Shown here one piece after another: positions 39,757 to 49,595 of a stretch of DNA of 64,000 nt (the first letter of the stretch is position 1; the number at the start of each line of letters is the position of its first letter). Source of the stretch: Ostreococcus lucimarinus (taxonomy: Eukaryota); NCBI GenBank assembly GCA_000092065.1, contig CP000589.1. One strand, written 5' to 3'. The notes under the pieces are model-generated. The model saw nothing but the letters and a program-made list of their open reading frames with translations, was not told the DNA's origin and ran no database searches. The translations under genes and the position numbers were made by a program.

Positions 39757-41586
39757 TCACGACGACGACGCGGACGCGACGACGGGCCGCGCGCGCGCCA
39801 GGGCGTCGGGAACGATGACCTCGGCGGTGACGTCGTCGAATTCGGGTTCGCCCAACCGTCGACGAACCATGCGATATAAATCAGGATTGGCGTCGATGCG
39901 CGGCTGAAACAACGAATCGCTCGCGCCGAAATACTTTGGCGATTTGAGCATCTTGTCGATCATGCGATGGACCCACGGAGCCATGACGCGAAGGACGAAA
40001 CGCACGACGGTGGTGGGGATGAAACGCATCTTGACGTCGGCGTGGACGACGATGTCGCCGCGGGTGCGGATGGATTTTGAACCGGCGACGGGCGGGAGCG
40101 CGCGCATGCGCATGCCGCAATTGCCGACGAATTCGATGCGCTTGCGCGATTTGGCGGACGGTGGCGCGCCCGAACCCAGGTCGTCGCCCGATTTGTTGGT
40201 TCGAGTGATTAATATCGCACACGAATGCGGGACTTCTGATTCGAAATCATCCATGCCGGGGATGTTCAAGTGATCGTACGCTCGCGTCGGCGGTTGACCG
40301 ACGTACGTGGAATCGATGACGATGATTTTGTCTCGAGCGCTCAGCGGCCAGGGAAGCCAAATGGCGGAGTATACGACCAAGTGCGTGAGCCCGCGAACGA
40401 GCATTATGGACGTTTCTATGGCATAGACGTTCCAAAGCGTCATTAAATCCCACTCGCGCGCGATGGCGACGAGTCTATGCGGCGGCGCGTCAAACGTCGC
40501 GCTCAGTTTGATGCTGTGCACCGTTCCGCCTTTGAAGCGTCCGTAATATATCACCAAACGCTCGTCCAAATCAGGGTCGGCCTCGAACGTTTCTTGCACC
40601 ACCCCCGGGACGCCAGCGGTTCCACGCACGCTGCTTTCACCTCCGCTCTCGCTCCCGCTCAACGGATCTGGTTGCGTCGCGATGACGGCGCCGTCGCTCG
40701 AACTCACGCTACCGCTCCTCGAGTGTCTGCTTCGTCTCCGACGTCCATACCGAGGCGCCAACGGGTCTTCTTCACCGTCCGACATCGACGCGCGCGAACT
40801 CGCAAGATCGGTGAGTTCGCCAAAATCAATCACGCCTCGTTTCTCCCTATCCGTCCGTCCTAAACTCACCTCGACTTCGGCGCCCGACTGTCGCAAACTT
40901 CTCCGAGCGTCGTTCGCGCCCCCACGCTCGAAATCCACGCTCGAAGCCCACTGTCGACTCAACCCTCGCCCTAAATCTATGCTCGACGTCCGTCGACTCC
41001 CGCTCTCGCTCGCTCGCATCCGCCCGAAATCCACGCTCGACGTCCTCCGCATCCCAAAGTCCACGCTCGACGCTCGCCGGCTGTGATTCGCTCCAATGAT
41101 GACCTCCGCGTCCACCTCCACGCTCGCCTGTCGCCGATGATGCGCCGCTCGCTTCGCCCCCTTATCCACCGGTTTCCACCCATCGTGATGTTCCTCTAAT
41201 TCAACGTCGTTCAGCGCGATCGCTTGTTCGTACACGTCCCGCCACGCCTCGCGTCGACGCGTCGACGCCTCGTCCCGCGCGCTCCCCGTCGCGTCCTCCC
41301 GCGCCACCATCCACAGCGCCGCCTCGAGCTCGCCGAGCGCCGCCAACCGTTCGGCATCGTTCGCGCACGCGTCCACCGTCGTCAGCGCGTCCGCGCGGCC
41401 GATCCACTCGCGCCGCGCGCGCGCGACGTCGAAATTCGCGTCGCATCGCACGTCGTCGTCCCAATCGATCTCGAACGCGTCGTGACGCGCGTCGTGGAAC
41501 GCGTCGTGGAGCGCGTCGACGTCGGCGTCGGCGCGCGCGACCGCGTCTCCATCGTCGGCGCGCGGTCTGCAGCAGCGCGCGCCCAT
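39757..41586 (-). CDS. hypothetical protein with N-terminal MGxxCC dual-acylation motif, triple RRxSSVDFG repeats and a C-terminal START/SRPBCC-like domain
   Basis: Starts MGARCCRP (myristoylation Gly2 plus Cys5/6). Repeats RASSVDFG / RTSSVDFG / ASSVDFE. C-terminal about 250 aa of mixed beta/alpha character (VIYYGRFKGGTVHSIKLSATFDAPPHRLVAIAREWDLMTLWN). The ORF extends to 41733, but the MGARCC start is preferred. Confidence 0.45.
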   Translation of the reverse strand: MGARCCRPRADDGDAVARADADVDALHDAFHDARHDAFEIDWDDDVRCDANFDVARARREWIGRADALTTVDACANDAERLAALGELEAALWMVAREDATGSARDEASTRRREAWRDVYEQAIALNDVELEEHHDGWKPVDKGAKRAAHHRRQASVEVDAEVIIGANHSRRASSVDFGMRRTSSVDFGRMRASESGSRRTSSIDLGRGLSRQWASSVDFERGGANDARRSLRQSGAEVEVSLGRTDREKRGVIDFGELTDLASSRASMSDGEEDPLAPRYGRRRRSRHSRSGSVSSSDGAVIATQPDPLSGSESGGESSVRGTAGVPGVVQETFEADPDLDERLVIYYGRFKGGTVHSIKLSATFDAPPHRLVAIAREWDLMTLWNVYAIETSIMLVRGLTHLVVYSAIWLPWPLSARDKIIVIDSTYVGQPPTRAYDHLNIPGMDDFESEVPHSCAILITRTNKSGDDLGSGAPPSAKSRKRIEFVGNCGMRMRALPPVAGSKSIRTRGDIVVHADVKMRFIPTTVVRFVLRVMAPWVHRMIDKMLKSPKYFGASDSLFQPRIDANPDLYRMVRRRLGEPEFDDVTAEVIVPDALARARPVVASASSS

Positions 41587-42191
41587 GACGGGCGCGCGTC
41601 GCGCGATGGCGCGTCGCGCGCGCCGCGCGTTCGTTAAATACGGTGATTGATAGCGTTCGCGCGCGCGCGAGGCATCGCGCGACCGCACACGCGCGCGCGA
41701 CGCGCCGTCGCGAGCGAACGCGCGAGGGAACATGCGCGCGATTACGATGGAGGTCCCGGTCGACGCCGCGGCGCCGCGGCGCGCGCGCGCGAGCGAGACG
41801 ACGAAGGAAACGATGCGCGCGCGGGTCAGGGTTGCGCGCGCGCGGTGCGGGACGACGAACGCGCGAGACGGCGCGCGCGACGTCGCCGCGCGCGCGGGAC
41901 GACGCGTGGAGGTGCGTGTGATATCGCGCGATCGCGCGCGCGCGCGACGACCGGCGGAGAGACGCGGAAAGGGCGATCGGAGGCGCGGCGGTGCGCGACG
42001 CTGGTGGTGGGTTGAGGGTTAGAGCGCGAGGGCGCGCGACGGCGTCGAATTCGGTTCGCGACGAAGACGATGGACGCCGATGCGCGGCGATGCGAACGCG
42101 GGAAAACGCACGAGACTGACGGTGTGAATTGTGGTCGTTCGCGCTGACGCAGACGCGGGCGTCGTCGGATGCGATTCCGGATTCGTTTAAG

Positions 42192-42776
42192 ATGCCGTTT
42201 CGACCGTCGCCGAACGGGAACAAGGGCAAGGGATTTTTAGAGTTGTGGTTCGGCAGGGACGAGGCGAACGAGGGTAAGATACGACCGGCGCCCTATTTGC
42301 GAATCTTGGCGGTGATACCGTTCGTGATTCCGTTGATGGGGACGATTGCGTTCACGCACAGCGCGTACGAGTTTTTGCCGCTGTTCAAGCACGCGATGTT
42401 CATCTTCGCCCCGGCGATGCAGCTCTTTTACGGGAACTCGTTCATTCCGTTCATGACCTTCTTCGCGCTGTTCTTGCTCGTCGTGCGTAACGAGAAGATT
42501 CCGTACTTTGTGCGGTATTGCACCATGCAAGCCATCTTGCTCGACATCTGTTGCATGCTCGGCGGTTTGATCATGCAATACATGCCGATTTTCATAATGG
42601 TGAGCTGGGTCGGCGAGTGGATGGAGCTTTGGATCTTCGTCAACTCGTTCTTCGCGCTCGGGTACTCCATTTTCAACGCCCTTCAGGGTTTGATCCCCGA
42701 AGCGCCGCTGATCTCCGAAGCCGTGTACGCGCAAGTCCAGGAAGCTCGCGACACGGGGTACATGGAGGAGGAGTGA
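42192..42776 (+). CDS. TIC20: Tic20-family chloroplast inner-envelope translocon protein
   Basis: Four TM helices. Tic20 signature LFLLVVRNEKIPYFVRYCTMQAILLDICCMLGGL (compare YLGVVRN...YVRFNAMQAVVLD). Confidence 0.7.
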   Translation: MPFRPSPNGNKGKGFLELWFGRDEANEGKIRPAPYLRILAVIPFVIPLMGTIAFTHSAYEFLPLFKHAMFIFAPAMQLFYGNSFIPFMTFFALFLLVVRNEKIPYFVRYCTMQAILLDICCMLGGLIMQYMPIFIMVSWVGEWMELWIFVNSFFALGYSIFNALQGLIPEAPLISEAVYAQVQEARDTGYMEEE

Positions 42777-43041
42777 GCGCGCGCTTCGACGACGCGAGTA
42801 GGCCAACCCATTTTCTTAGTAGCTTGAAAACATTGACACTGACACACACACACCTCTCGCCGGCGCGTTCGTCGTTCCATCGCGTTTCGCCCGCGCTTTC
42901 GCGCCCGAGCGCGGTTCGGCCGAACTGGATAAAGTCGCGCGCGTCGCAGATATTTCTCACCACCGTCCTCGCGTAATCGCCGCATCCGTCACAACACGCC
43001 GCGACGCACCGCGCGCGACCGGTTCGCGTGAAAGCGTAATC

Positions 43042-44316
43042 ATGCACGCCTTCGCGCCGTTCGCCAACGCCTCGGCGACGCCCACGGTTCGTCAAACGAC
43101 GTCGAAGCGTCAACAGACGTCATCGCGCTCGAACGCGATCGCGCGCGTCGTTCGCGCGAATGCGCGGTCGAACGACGCCGAAGACGCGGTCGGCGATGCG
43201 ACGACGCGTCGTCGAGCGATCGCGACGCTGTTCGCGGGTGCGGTAGGCACCGCGGGGGCGGTCGGGAGCGCCAAGGCGGACGTGCAAGATTACCTGTCAA
43301 ACTTGCTCGTCGAAAAGCCGCCGCCGCCGAAACGGGAAATTTTGCTCCCGGATCTCGAGGTCAAGCCGTTGACTCGAGAAGAGGGGTACCGAGGAACGAC
43401 GGGGGCGAACAAATCCAAGGCGCAGATCGAGTTTGCGCAGTTTATCGCGCCGATCATCGAGGAGAATATTGATATGGACTTTGGGTCGTACTTCCGATTG
43501 GCGTTGGCGGATTTGGGGACGTTCTCCGTCGTCGGTAAGAAGAATGGGTTGAACGGAAGCATTCGATTCGAACTCGACCGTCCGGAAAATGCTGGATTGA
43601 AGCCGGCGTTCAATTCGATCGAAAAGATTAAAAAGGCTGTGGACGCGAAGACGACGCAGCCGATTACGTACGCGGATTTGATCGCCATCGTTCCGCATTT
43701 TGCGGCTCGCAGACAGTTCAAGGCGGATTACATGGAGGAAGTCGGGGACGATAAGAACTACGAGTTCTTGTTCATCGGCACCAACCCGTTCTTGGGGGCG
43801 AAAATTCGCATCGGTCGCCGTGACGCCGACGGTCCCGATCCCGAAGGTTTGATTCCGCTCGTCGACGGCAACGCCGAGGATTTCATCGCCTGGTTCCGTC
43901 GCATGGGTCTCGGTCCGAACGAACTCGCCGCGCTCGCGCCGTACATCTACGAGGATCGTCAAAAAGGTATCGATATTTGTGCCCAAGACGGCACGTGCGC
44001 GCGTTTGCTCGACGTGTACGAGACGCAGCGCATTTTGGGCAAGCGCGCCCCGGGGCCGGCGGTGACCATCATCAAGAACCTCAAGCAATGCACCGATCAG
44101 TGCATTCCGGGCGGTCCGCTGAGCGTCGCCCCGGCGCAGCTCGATCCGCTCTACGTCGACTACGCCTTCATCAAGGGTGGCGGCGAGATCCCGCGCATCT
44201 CCGCCTCGGGCGCGTACCCGGGCTCGATTTACGACAGCGGCAGCAAGTTGGCCATGCAACTTCGCGCGTCTCAGGCCGAACAGCGCGCGCAGGCCGCCGC
44301 CGCCGCCGGTAACTAA
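43042..44316 (+). CDS. thylakoid-lumen targeted (twin-arginine) protein, peroxidase-like (TL29/APX4-like) - tentative
   Basis: Bipartite presequence with Tat motif TRRRAIATLFAGAVG. Weak class-I-peroxidase-like blocks (SYFRLALADLGTF). Otherwise no catalytic His/Arg recognised. Confidence 0.4.
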   Translation: MHAFAPFANASATPTVRQTTSKRQQTSSRSNAIARVVRANARSNDAEDAVGDATTRRRAIATLFAGAVGTAGAVGSAKADVQDYLSNLLVEKPPPPKREILLPDLEVKPLTREEGYRGTTGANKSKAQIEFAQFIAPIIEENIDMDFGSYFRLALADLGTFSVVGKKNGLNGSIRFELDRPENAGLKPAFNSIEKIKKAVDAKTTQPITYADLIAIVPHFAARRQFKADYMEEVGDDKNYEFLFIGTNPFLGAKIRIGRRDADGPDPEGLIPLVDGNAEDFIAWFRRMGLGPNELAALAPYIYEDRQKGIDICAQDGTCARLLDVYETQRILGKRAPGPAVTIIKNLKQCTDQCIPGGPLSVAPAQLDPLYVDYAFIKGGGEIPRISASGAYPGSIYDSGSKLAMQLRASQAEQRAQAAAAAGN

Positions 44317-44438
44317 TCGCATCGCGTTCTCTCACGATTCAAGTTTCGTTTTACACGCTATTCTTCAAACATTGAATTTCAATCAAACGCTCGCTCGCCG
44401 TCTACGCCCGGCCCTCGCCCGGCCCTCGCCTCGCCTCG

Positions 44439-44918
44439 CTACTCCGGCGGCGGATACTTCGCCACCTCCTCCCTCACCCTCCGCTCGTACTTCGCCCTAT
44501 CCGTCGTGTACGTCACGTACGCATCGCTCTGCGCCGGCGACTTCTCGTTCGGATTATCCAGCAGTTCCTGTATCCCCAGCGCCACCTGCTTCACCGTCAC
44601 GCTCGGCCGCCACCCCTCGTCCTCGTTCAGAATGCTCAGGCACACCGTCCCGCTCGGGTACACGTTCGGGTGATAAAATCCCGCAGGAAATTTACACTTC
44701 ATCGGCTTGGCCGGGTACTCCCTCGGGAACTCCATCGTCAGCGGCACGAACGCGCCCTCCCAGCGCGTCCCGCGCGCGCCCGGTATCGAGCACCGCCATC
44801 GAAACAGATTCGTCTCCCCGCTCGCCGTTTTCTCGGGACGCGCGAAGAATCCGGGCGGGTGGTCGCGACGCCAGTTTCGGCGCTCCTCGCCCAGGCGCGC
44901 GAGGGCGACCGACGCCAT
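44439..44918 (-). CDS. UBC9: SUMO-conjugating enzyme E2 (UBC9/SCE1)
   Basis: [24 protein letters not shown] ... [15 protein letters not shown] (active-site Cys) ... [18 protein letters not shown]; near-colinear with UBC9. Confidence 0.85.
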   Translation of the reverse strand: MASVALARLGEERRNWRRDHPPGFFARPEKTASGETNLFRWRCSIPGARGTRWEGAFVPLTMEFPREYPAKPMKCKFPAGFYHPNVYPSGTVCLSILNEDEGWRPSVTVKQVALGIQELLDNPNEKSPAQSDAYVTYTTDRAKYERRVREEVAKYPPPE

Positions 44919-45018
44919 CGCGCGTCGCGACGTGACGACGCGACGAATCGATTCTCGATGCAATCGGTCGTCGGCGCGCCGATCGGCGCGTCGCGCGCGG
45001 CAGAGCGCGCCGCGCGCG

Positions 45019-47247
45019 ATGGCGCGAGGGGCGCACGCGCGGACGCGCTCGATGCGCGCGCTCGCGGTGACGCTGACGCTGACGCTGTCGCGATGGCGCG
45101 TCGGCGCGGCGATGACGACCGACGGTTTGACGTCGTCGGATCACCGATCGCGACGCGCGCGCGGCGACGAGGACGCGCGACGCGCGCGCGGTCGTCCGGC
45201 GACGTGGACGGCGTGCGCGGGTCCGTCGCGCGCGGCGCTCGAGCTCGCGTGGCGCGCGGAGACGCACGCGTCGGTGTACGCGACGCCGCTCGCGGAGGAC
45301 GTCGACCGGGACGGACGAGGCGCGGCGGTGACGCAGACGACGAGCGCGCGCGTTCGAGCGCACGACGGCGCGACGGGAATCGATTTAGACGGCGAGAGCT
45401 GGGGCGCGCGACTCGGCGCGGCGTCTCGGGGAGGCGTGGTGAGGATCGGGGAGGCGTACGCGAGCGCGTCGCTGGCGGGCGAGGCGAGGACGTTCGACGG
45501 CGAGCGAACGCGCGCGGTCGCGCGATTAGCGCCGCTGGCGATGGCGGTGGATTGGTTCGGTGACGATGGATCGGGGAAGAGCGACGCGGGCGATCCGCGC
45601 GAGGTTGAGCGGAGACACGAGGCGAGACGACGCGCGCCGGGATCGAGGCGGTTGTTGGACGTCGAAGACGAAGACGAAGAGGAAGAGCCGACGACGATGA
45701 GCGCGGAGGAAGAGGCGAGGAGCGATCGCGGTTGGGACGCGATCGATAGTGGCGGTGATTCGACGCGCGATGTCGCGAGTGGGTCCGTCGAGGCGCGGCG
45801 AGCGGTGGACGGACGAGTCTTCGTGGACGCGCACGCGTTGTGCACGCCCGCCGTCGGCGACGTGGACGGTGACGGCGAACCCGAGCTCGTGCTCGCGGTG
45901 TCGTATTATTTCGATTCTTCCGTGCGCTTTGAAGACGACGTCGATCCGAAGCAGTACGCCGCGACGGCGTTGGTCGTGTTGAACGGCGAGGACTTGTCCA
46001 CCAAGCGCTCGATCGCGCTCGATCAGAGCGCGGCGACGGCGCTGTTCAAAGCCAGAGCGTACGCCCCGCCGACGCTCGTCGATGTCGACGGCGATGGACG
46101 ATTGGACATCGTGATCGGCACGTACGCTGGCGTTTTGCACGTCGTGGACGGCGTTTCGGGGAATCCCTTGCCGGGATGGCCTCGACGGCTCGGACAGATG
46201 GAAGCGCAAGTCACCGCCGCGGACGTCGACTCGGATGGTGACATCGAACTCATCGCGTGCGACGTTCGCGGGACGGTGGCGGTGTTTAAATCGAACGGCG
46301 TCGAGCTTTGGAACAAGCACGTCGAGTCTCGGATTGCCGTCGCGGCGAGCGTAGGAGACGTCGACGGCGACGACGAAATCGAAATCGTCGTCGGCGACAC
46401 CTCTGGCGCCGTGCACGCGTTTCGCGCCAAAGACGGCACCGCACGCGAGCACTGGCCGGTGTACGTGGGCGATAAAATTCTCGCCCCGATCGTGCTCACG
46501 AAACTTCGTCAAACAAAACGCGGGCTCGATGTCATCGTCGCCACGCACGACGGCGTGGTGCACGTGCTCGAGGGCCGAAGTCGATGCCGCGACGTCTTTG
46601 ATATCGCCGAAAAGATTTACGCCGCGCCGTTTGTCACCTCTTTTGCCGGCTTCGGCGAACTCGACGTGATAATTTCCACGATGGAGGGTCACGTGCGCTC
46701 GTTCAAGGCGAAAGGGTCAAAGTTTAATGCGTTGGCGTTGACGTCGAGCGATCACGTGTCTCGCTACGATTATTTCGGTGTGGCGCTGTACGATCGCACT
46801 TATCGCGTCATTCGTGGAACGTACGTTGATGTGGTTTATGAAATCATCGATAGACGCGTGCTCGATCACGCCAAGGCGAGGAAATCGTCGCTCGCGCCGT
46901 ACAAGGTTGCGATTACGGTGACGAGTTTGGATGGTTTCAAGAAGATCGTCTCCGCTCGACACGATCGCGCCGGTCGGTACACGCTTCGGGTGGGCGTTCC
47001 ATCGACGAAAACGCGCGGGGAGATCCGAGTGCGCGTTCAAGATGTCAACTTGATCGCCGACGAAGACGCGTATTCGGTTTCGTTTCACGAAAATTACGAG
47101 ATCGCCTTGAAATGGCTCGTCGCCCTACCGTTTCTTCTCGCGAGCGCGGCGGCGATTCGGCGCGCGAGCGAAGACGCGCTCGAGATGGATGTCTTTGGCG
47201 CGTCAGCCTCGATTCCAACCACCACGAAGGGGATGCACGAGGAATAG
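45019..47247 (+). CDS. DEX1 (DEFECTIVE IN EXINE FORMATION 1)-like FG-GAP/calcium-binding repeat membrane protein
   Basis: Signal peptide [12 protein letters not shown]. Multiple FG-GAP/Ca-binding repeats ([62 protein letters not shown]). C-terminal [16 protein letters not shown]. Confidence 0.65.
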   Translation: MARGAHARTRSMRALAVTLTLTLSRWRVGAAMTTDGLTSSDHRSRRARGDEDARRARGRPATWTACAGPSRAALELAWRAETHASVYATPLAEDVDRDGRGAAVTQTTSARVRAHDGATGIDLDGESWGARLGAASRGGVVRIGEAYASASLAGEARTFDGERTRAVARLAPLAMAVDWFGDDGSGKSDAGDPREVERRHEARRRAPGSRRLLDVEDEDEEEEPTTMSAEEEARSDRGWDAIDSGGDSTRDVASGSVEARRAVDGRVFVDAHALCTPAVGDVDGDGEPELVLAVSYYFDSSVRFEDDVDPKQYAATALVVLNGEDLSTKRSIALDQSAATALFKARAYAPPTLVDVDGDGRLDIVIGTYAGVLHVVDGVSGNPLPGWPRRLGQMEAQVTAADVDSDGDIELIACDVRGTVAVFKSNGVELWNKHVESRIAVAASVGDVDGDDEIEIVVGDTSGAVHAFRAKDGTAREHWPVYVGDKILAPIVLTKLRQTKRGLDVIVATHDGVVHVLEGRSRCRDVFDIAEKIYAAPFVTSFAGFGELDVIISTMEGHVRSFKAKGSKFNALALTSSDHVSRYDYFGVALYDRTYRVIRGTYVDVVYEIIDRRVLDHAKARKSSLAPYKVAITVTSLDGFKKIVSARHDRAGRYTLRVGVPSTKTRGEIRVRVQDVNLIADEDAYSVSFHENYEIALKWLVALPFLLASAAAIRRASEDALEMDVFGASASIPTTTKGMHEE

Positions 47248-47255
47248 TAGTAGCT

Positions 47256-47861
47256 TTAGTTGTTCGTATATTGCACGTATGTATCCATTGACATGAATTC
47301 ATGTCCATTCTCGGCAGCCATCTCTTGCGTCTCGTCCCAAGGACACCCGCGCTCACGCGCGTACTTCAAACATTCCAACTCTCCATCCATGGCGGCAAGT
47401 GCGCACGTCCACTCGTTCCAGGGACATCCATTCTCGTGCGCGTACTTCAAACACTCCAATTGTCCGCTCCGGGCGGCATTCATGCACGTCCTCTCGTCCC
47501 AAGGACAGCCGTGCTCGTGCGCGTACTTCAAACATTCCAAATGTCCATTCCGGGTGGCGTAATAGCACGTCCTCCAGTCCCAAGGACACTCGCGCTCGTG
47601 CGCGTACTTCAAACACTTCAAATGCCCATTCATGGCGGCATTCGCAGACGTCCATTCGTTCCACGGAAAGTCGAGTCGCCGCGCCTCCTTCAGCTGCTCG
47701 AGATAGCCAAGTTCCGCGAGTTTTGAGCAAACTAAGCCGTCTGCATCGCGCTGCGGTCCGCGAGATACATTCTCGAGGCAAGTCTCGAGGCAATCGTGAG
47801 TCTGACTGGCCCGGCGCTTGATCAATTCGCGCAAACGCGCGTATGGGTCCTTCTTAGCCAT
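47256..47861 (-). CDS. ankyrin-like repeat protein with 33-aa 'GHLECLKYAHExGCPW(D/N)E(W/R)TC' repeats
   Basis: 201-aa ORF with five tandem 33-residue repeats, also visible as about 99-bp nucleotide tandem repeats at 47300-47700. Confidence 0.55.
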   Translation of the reverse strand: MAKKDPYARLRELIKRRASQTHDCLETCLENVSRGPQRDADGLVCSKLAELGYLEQLKEARRLDFPWNEWTSANAAMNGHLKCLKYAHERECPWDWRTCYYATRNGHLECLKYAHEHGCPWDERTCMNAARSGQLECLKYAHENGCPWNEWTCALAAMDGELECLKYARERGCPWDETQEMAAENGHEFMSMDTYVQYTNN

Positions 47862-48251
47862 GTGTTTGAGAGTCGCGATGTGACCACCGACGTCGTTCTC
47901 GCGCGAGATCGAATACGCGACGGGATCAAACGCGCGCGACGACGAACGAGCGTCGACGTAAACGGGCGTTCGTACATGTAATTACATCACGCTTGAAACC
48001 GTTCGCGCCGAGCGGAGCCGGCGGTATCACGTAAAACATCAAAAAATTAAACAAAATACGTCGAGCGAGCGGCTCGCCAAAGCTCGCGCGCGATAATCGA
48101 CGCCGCCACCGAACGTTAAAACGTCCGTTTCGCGACGGCGCGTCACATCTCACGCGCGAGTTCACGCACGCTCACCCGAACGCTCGCGCCGATCTCTCGA
48201 GATCGCGTCGCGACGGTTAACCCAACAGCTTCTTGTAATTGTAATAGACGG

Positions 48252-48725
48252 TTAACCCAACAGCTTGACGATTTTCGCTTCGTTATCCGCCGCGCCGTCC
48301 CCGTTGCGTTCGACGACGTTTCCATCGCGATCCACCAAAAACTTACACGCAAAGTTCCATCGCACGTCGGATTCATCCCCCGACGCCTTTTTCAAGAACG
48401 TCCACACCGGCGACGCGTCCGCGCCGTTCACGTTCGTCTTCGCCGTCACCGTCGGCGCCGTCTCGAATTCTTGCTTCGCCACGAACGCCGCGATGTCCTC
48501 CGCCTTCGCCAGCTCCTGTCCCCCGAACTGCCCGCTCGGCGTGAGCACGACGACTAAATCCGGCGAGTACTTGTTCGACAAGTCGCGCAGCGCCGCGTAC
48601 TCGCGCTTCGTCGCGCCTCACCTGCTCGCGACGTTCGTCACGAGCACGACTTTGCCCTTCATCGATGCAAACTCGATCGTCGAGCCGTCGAGCGCGGGCG
48701 CGCGCAGGTCGTGGAACGCCGCCAT
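48252..48725 (-). CDS. GPX: glutathione peroxidase, selenocysteine-containing (in-frame TGA = Sec at 48618-48620)
   Basis: Two same-frame ORFs separated only by one TGA. Upstream ends ...KGKVVLVTNVASR-TGA, downstream continues GATKREYAALRDLSNKYSPDLVVVLTPSGQFGGQE ... WNFACKFLVDRDGNVVER. The TGA sits exactly at the GPX catalytic Sec/Cys position (NVAS[Q/R]-U-G-x-T); catalytic Gln (GQFG) and Trp-Asn (WNF) are conserved. Alternative upstream start at 48815 would add a presequence. Confidence 0.7.
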
Positions 48726-48818
48726 CGCGCGCGTGACTCTTCCGCGCGCGCGCTTCGAGCGAGCGACGCGCGCGGGCGCGAACGAGCGAGCGAACGCGCC
48801 GAGCGCTCGCGTCATACT

Positions 48819-49508
48819 ATGACGCCGACGCCGATCTTCGGCCGCGTGTTCCTCGGCGCGCGCGCGCCGACGCGCGCGGACGCGCGGCTCGCGTGCGAGC
48901 ACGGACTGCGGTGCGGGCACAACTACCCGAGCGAGCTCGTCGGGACGTCGGACTGCGACGAGGAGGCGCCGGGACAGCGCGCGAGGTTGGAGGGACAGCG
49001 ACGACGGTCGTGGGCGATAGATCGCACGCGCGCGCGCGTCGGACGCGGCGCGCGCGCGTACGAACGCGCGGTGAAAGCGCTGAAGTCGTGGGAGCACTTC
49101 GATCTCGGTTGGGCGCGCGTGTCGCGAGAGAGCGGCACCGCGGTCGGGGACGCGGTGTGCGTCGAGGCGCGCGTGGCGGGCGTGTGGATGCGGAATCCGC
49201 TGCGCATCGTCGAGCTTCGCGAGCGGGAGAAGCGCGCGAGCGGAGGCGCGTCGTCGTCGTCCGGGGCGAGGGCGAAGGCGCGGTTCGCGTTCGCGCACGG
49301 GACGCTCGGCGGGCACTTGCTCGCGGGGGAGGAGCGGTTCTCGGTGGAGCTCGCGGAGGACGGCGAAGTGTTTTACGAGGCCTACGCGTTCAGCAGGCCC
49401 GCGCACGCGCTGAGCGTGGTGAGTTATCCGTTCGTGCGATTGTTGCAAAAGCGGTTTCACTGGGATTCGTCGCGGGCGATGCGTAAAATCTTGAGCGAGG
49501 CGGAGTAG
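48819..49508 (+). CDS. DUF1990/UPF0548-family protein
   Basis: About 230 aa with blocks VKALKSWEHFDLGWARV and FAFAHGTLGGHLLAGEERFSVE, characteristic of DUF1990. The ORF extends upstream to 48711, but MTPTPIFG at 48819 is the preferred start. Confidence 0.45.
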   Translation: MTPTPIFGRVFLGARAPTRADARLACEHGLRCGHNYPSELVGTSDCDEEAPGQRARLEGQRRRSWAIDRTRARVGRGARAYERAVKALKSWEHFDLGWARVSRESGTAVGDAVCVEARVAGVWMRNPLRIVELREREKRASGGASSSSGARAKARFAFAHGTLGGHLLAGEERFSVELAEDGEVFYEAYAFSRPAHALSVVSYPFVRLLQKRFHWDSSRAMRKILSEAE

Positions 49509-49595
49509 GACGGAGCCTCGGTCAACTCGTACTGTAGATGGTTATAAATAATATGCGGTGTTTAGATTCTTCCCATCGACGCGCTCGCGATGCGA

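Noticed and set aside
41740-42128. 342-aa minus-strand Arg-rich ORF (41201-42229) and several plus-strand Arg-rich ORFs in the spacer upstream of Tic20
   Set aside because: Pure Arg/Ala low complexity from (GCG/CGC)n-like sequence. Most likely intergenic/UTR.
47940-48010. Candidate SECIS-like hairpin (…GCGUGAUGuaauuacaugUACGAACGC…) in the GPX 3' UTR
   Set aside because: Contains UGA…GAA that could form sheared G.A pairs, but helix II is far too short and no unpaired AA apical motif at the right distance. Cannot be called a SECIS by eye; proper SECIS search needed.
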